A stretch of DNA of 64,000 nucleotides from a bacterium (GTDB lineage: Bacteria; SAR324; NAC60-12), in the NCBI GenBank assembly GCA_965205865.1, contig CBDBHR010000029.1:544001-608000 (forward strand), in the 5' to 3' direction. Under the pieces are notes generated by a model, which worked only from the letters and a program-made list of their open reading frames with translations, was not told the origin of the DNA and ran no database searches. Shown here piece after piece: positions 61,000-64,000 of the stretch. Each line of letters opens with the position of its first letter. Within the stretch, counting starts at the first letter, position 1. Both the position numbers and the translations under genes were made by a program.

Positions 61000-62514
61000 A
61001 TGACCCTTGAAACGCTCCGTGAAGAGTGCGGGATTGCCGTCATATACCAGTTGGACCAATCCAAAGCAGCGCCACTCAATGTCACTCAATACATCCCGGG
61101 GTTTTTACTGGATTTACAAAACCGTGGTCAATTGAGTGCCGGACTCACCAGTTTCAATCCCAACCGCGACCGTCTATTACAAACTCATAAAGATATAGGC
61201 GCTGTGGAGCAGGTTTTTCGCATGTACAGTCCTCAGAAATTGCATTCCCTGATTGAAGATTATAGCGGCACCATTGCCATTGGACATGTACGATATGCAA
61301 CCAGTGGTCAGGAAAACTGGAATTTTGCCCAACCCTTTGAGCGGGTTCACGGACGCAAATGGAAATGGTTTTCACTGGCTTTCAATGGCAATCTGGCCAA
61401 TTTTGAGAGCTTGAAAACCGAACTTATCAAGAAAGGGTACCACATCACTTATAATACCGATACGGAAGTGATGATGCATTACCTCAACAAAGAACTCATA
61501 GGAGAAGACAGACGCGATTTCAAGGATATCTTTTCGTCCCTCGCCCGAGTGTTTGATGGCGCTTTCAATATCGTTTTTCTGAATGCCTGTGGGGATTTGG
61601 TTGCCATGAGAGATCCACTGGGAATCAAGCCGCTTTGTTATGGCGTCAAGGACAACCTCCTGGTGGTCGCATCTGAAAGTGTTGTACTGACTCGCATGGG
61701 GATTGAGGACTTTCAAAACCTCGAGCCAGGTACTCTCTTGATTGCTACTTTGGACGGTAGTTATCGTATTGAACGATATTGGGATGTACAACAAACGGCG
61801 CATTGCCAGTTTGAATGGGTGTATTTTGCAAATCTGGCCTCCAACCTCGATGGACATTCCATTTTCAATGCACGGAGTAATATGGGGCGTCTGCTTGCAG
61901 AAACGGAGGATGAGGATCACAGCGATGCATTAGTGGTTCCCGTGCCTGAAACCGCAAAAGTCGCAGGAGACGCATTCGGGTACAAACTGGGTATTCCGGT
62001 GATTGAAGGGATCTTGCGAAATCGCTATGTGGGACGGACCTTTATTGAAGGGGAAAATCGACAGGCTTTGATTTTACGTAAATTCACGCCGCTTCGTGAA
62101 CTTCTGGAAAACAGGAAAATCTTTTTGGTTGACGATTCCCTGGTACGTGCCGTCACTTTAAAAAACATCATAGAAGACCTGAATCTACGGGGAAAAGCAG
62201 CAGAGGTACATGTTCGCATTGCTTGTCCTGCGATCATTGCTCCCTGTTTTTATGGCATCAATATTCCCACGGTGGGGGAACTATTCGCCACTCGTTATTG
62301 GCAACCCGGACAGCCTTTGAAACTTTCCAGCGAAACATTGGAAGCCATGGCACGGGATTTGGGGGCAGCGAGTTTGAAATTCTTAACGATTGAGCAGCTT
62401 ACCCAAGCGATTGGTTTTCCTAAAGATCGACTTTGCACTGCGTGTATCAGTACCATCTATCCCACTCCTGCTGGAATAGAACGATATTCCAAACAAATCA
62501 TGCAAATGAATTGA
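61000..62514 (+). CDS. purF: Amidophosphoribosyltransferase
   Basis: EECG, QNRGQ, GHVRYAT, NRYVGRTFI, VDDSLVR. Confidence 0.95.
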   Translation: MTLETLREECGIAVIYQLDQSKAAPLNVTQYIPGFLLDLQNRGQLSAGLTSFNPNRDRLLQTHKDIGAVEQVFRMYSPQKLHSLIEDYSGTIAIGHVRYATSGQENWNFAQPFERVHGRKWKWFSLAFNGNLANFESLKTELIKKGYHITYNTDTEVMMHYLNKELIGEDRRDFKDIFSSLARVFDGAFNIVFLNACGDLVAMRDPLGIKPLCYGVKDNLLVVASESVVLTRMGIEDFQNLEPGTLLIATLDGSYRIERYWDVQQTAHCQFEWVYFANLASNLDGHSIFNARSNMGRLLAETEDEDHSDALVVPVPETAKVAGDAFGYKLGIPVIEGILRNRYVGRTFIEGENRQALILRKFTPLRELLENRKIFLVDDSLVRAVTLKNIIEDLNLRGKAAEVHVRIACPAIIAPCFYGINIPTVGELFATRYWQPGQPLKLSSETLEAMARDLGAASLKFLTIEQLTQAIGFPKDRLCTACISTIYPTPAGIERYSKQIMQMN

Positions 62515-62526
62515 AACAAAAGAATC

Positions 62527-62784
62527 ATGATTGATCAAGAATTGCTCGACATACTAGTTTGTCCTGAAACCAAAGAGCCGGTTTCAATAGGCAGCGAAGA
62601 ATTGATCGAGAAAATCAATAAAAAAATCAATGAAAACACTCTATTGAACCGGGGAAACCGAGTGGTAACTCAAACGATTGATGGTGGACTTATCCGCAAT
62701 GATCAAAAATTTCTTTATCCCATCCGAGAAAATATTCCAATCATGCTGATTGAGGAAGCCATTCCACTGGAAGGGCTGACCTGA
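62527..62784 (+). CDS. Trm112-like protein
   Basis: LLDILVCP...YPIRENIPIMLIEEA. Confidence 0.85.
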   Translation: MIDQELLDILVCPETKEPVSIGSEELIEKINKKINENTLLNRGNRVVTQTIDGGLIRNDQKFLYPIRENIPIMLIEEAIPLEGLT

Positions 62785-62914
62785 TAGCATGTATGCATTC
62801 GAGAAGTCGGAGAGTTTAGACACCTGAGATTTCCTGTTTGAATTTCAAATTTGAACGTTTCTGTCACCATATTTTGAGTTGACGCTTTGCACTGCGAGTC
62901 CCCTGGCAGCAAAG

Positions 62915-63115
62915 AGCCAACAGGTCGGGCTTCCGGAAGGCGGATGGCCGGGCTTCGATCTTGGTTTCGGACCGGTTTTTTGGGCACTCCTTCCGGCATT
63001 CGTGTTTGTGACACTGGTGGGAGCCATCGAAACCATTGGCGATGCCATCGCCATCCAGCGCGTATCCTGGCGCCAGCCTCGGGCGGTGGATTTCCGAGCG
63101 GTGCAGGGGGGGGCA
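62915..63115 (+). pseudogene. Xanthine/uracil (NCS2) permease fragment
   Basis: GLPEGGWPGFDL..LVGAIETIGDAIAIQRVS..DFRAVQG; GC-rich, no start codon. Confidence 0.6.
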
Positions 63116-63223
63116 GCGGACGGAATGAGGAAGCCCCACGATAGGTTTCGACGATTCTCACTCTGGTGTTGGAGAACTTGATCAGGATCTCTTTCCAATT
63201 GCTCGCTGCTCGATTGAAATTTC

Positions 63224-63796
63224 ATGCTTGATACTTACCGGACACTCAATCTCCTTAAAGAACATAAAATCGAAATTGTGCTGTTATTGCTTCTGGGAGG
63301 ATTGCTCTTTTACATCTATTCGAGATTCCCAGAAGATCCTATCGTCCCATCTCTTGGGGAATCCAGATATCTTTTGAAGCTTGATGAGGTCGAAATTGAA
63401 GATTATTGGCAGAATCTGAAACGTTGGAAATTACTGGGCAAACAAGCTTCTGTTGCCAAAGACAATCAGATTGTTTTCTTAACGGATATCCAAATTTTTG
63501 TATACAATCTCAAAAACCCGGAAAGCACAATTATCGATATTATAGTCACTGCAAACGAAGGAAGCATTGACTGGGAAAAAGAAGTGGTAACACTCACTTC
63601 TGACGTCGAAATAACCCGTCAATCAAATATGCGGATCAATACGGAAGAGGCAATTTATCAATATAACGAAGGCTTGCTACACCTTCCACGAAAAGTGGAT
63701 GTTCGTTATTTAGAAGAAACGGTGAGAGGAGAACAGCTCACATATAATATTCATCAAAATAGAATCGAACTGCACAACTCGATCTTGCTGGAATGA
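63224..63796 (+). CDS. lptC: LPS export periplasmic protein LptC-like
   Basis: N-terminal TM followed by a beta-rich jellyroll-like sequence. Confidence 0.65.
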   Translation: MLDTYRTLNLLKEHKIEIVLLLLLGGLLFYIYSRFPEDPIVPSLGESRYLLKLDEVEIEDYWQNLKRWKLLGKQASVAKDNQIVFLTDIQIFVYNLKNPESTIIDIIVTANEGSIDWEKEVVTLTSDVEITRQSNMRINTEEAIYQYNEGLLHLPRKVDVRYLEETVRGEQLTYNIHQNRIELHNSILLE

Positions 63797-64000
63797 GAAT
63801 TGCGGGGTTGAACTATTATCAAGAACGACCCGCTTACTTTCGTCAATTTATAGAGGCGGCGCATTGACGACTAGCTTTGTTTTGAAACGTCTTGATAACG
63901 TTGCTTAACCGACTGGGGTAATTGGAGAGATTCGTCTGTTTCAAAGGAATGAATGAGTTGGTGGACCATATGATGAAGCACTCGAATTTGTTTGGTAAAT

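Noticed and set aside
62845-63225. 126-aa minus-strand ORF
   Set aside because: Shadow of the plus-strand permease fragment

Overview
Bacterial chromosomal window; the gene set resembles deltaproteobacterial/SAR324-type genomes, but taxonomy is an inference. Housekeeping blocks include a TolQ/ExbB cluster, MoxR-DUF58-trpD, prc, an Fe-S carrier operon, sohB, rluB-rnc-tatD, ClC, nadE, cobN/chelatase/cbiB, crcB-eno, amtB, a TAXI-TRAP transporter, scpA-meaB, purF and lptC. Two accessory zones (~7.9-18.1 kb and ~42.8-48.3 kb) are full of eroded mobile DNA. Highlights: (1) a three-copy promoter-plus-leader module with conserved hairpins, a U-tract and an MDPxRESFF mini-ORF, a candidate undescribed cis-regulatory RNA; (2) an 820-nt group II intron with an internally deleted ORF, inserted in a REP-like hairpin inside a MITE, plus a 338-bp tandem duplication of its 3' end; (3) an attC-like site split by an intact IS630, directly after a small cassette-like ORF; (4) REP-like palindromes in frame inside an ABC substrate-binding gene; (5) a crcB-eno pair with a non-canonical riboswitch-like leader; (6) a sigma54 promoter for amtB framed by short repeats. 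I recognised no rRNA, tRNA or CRISPR array.
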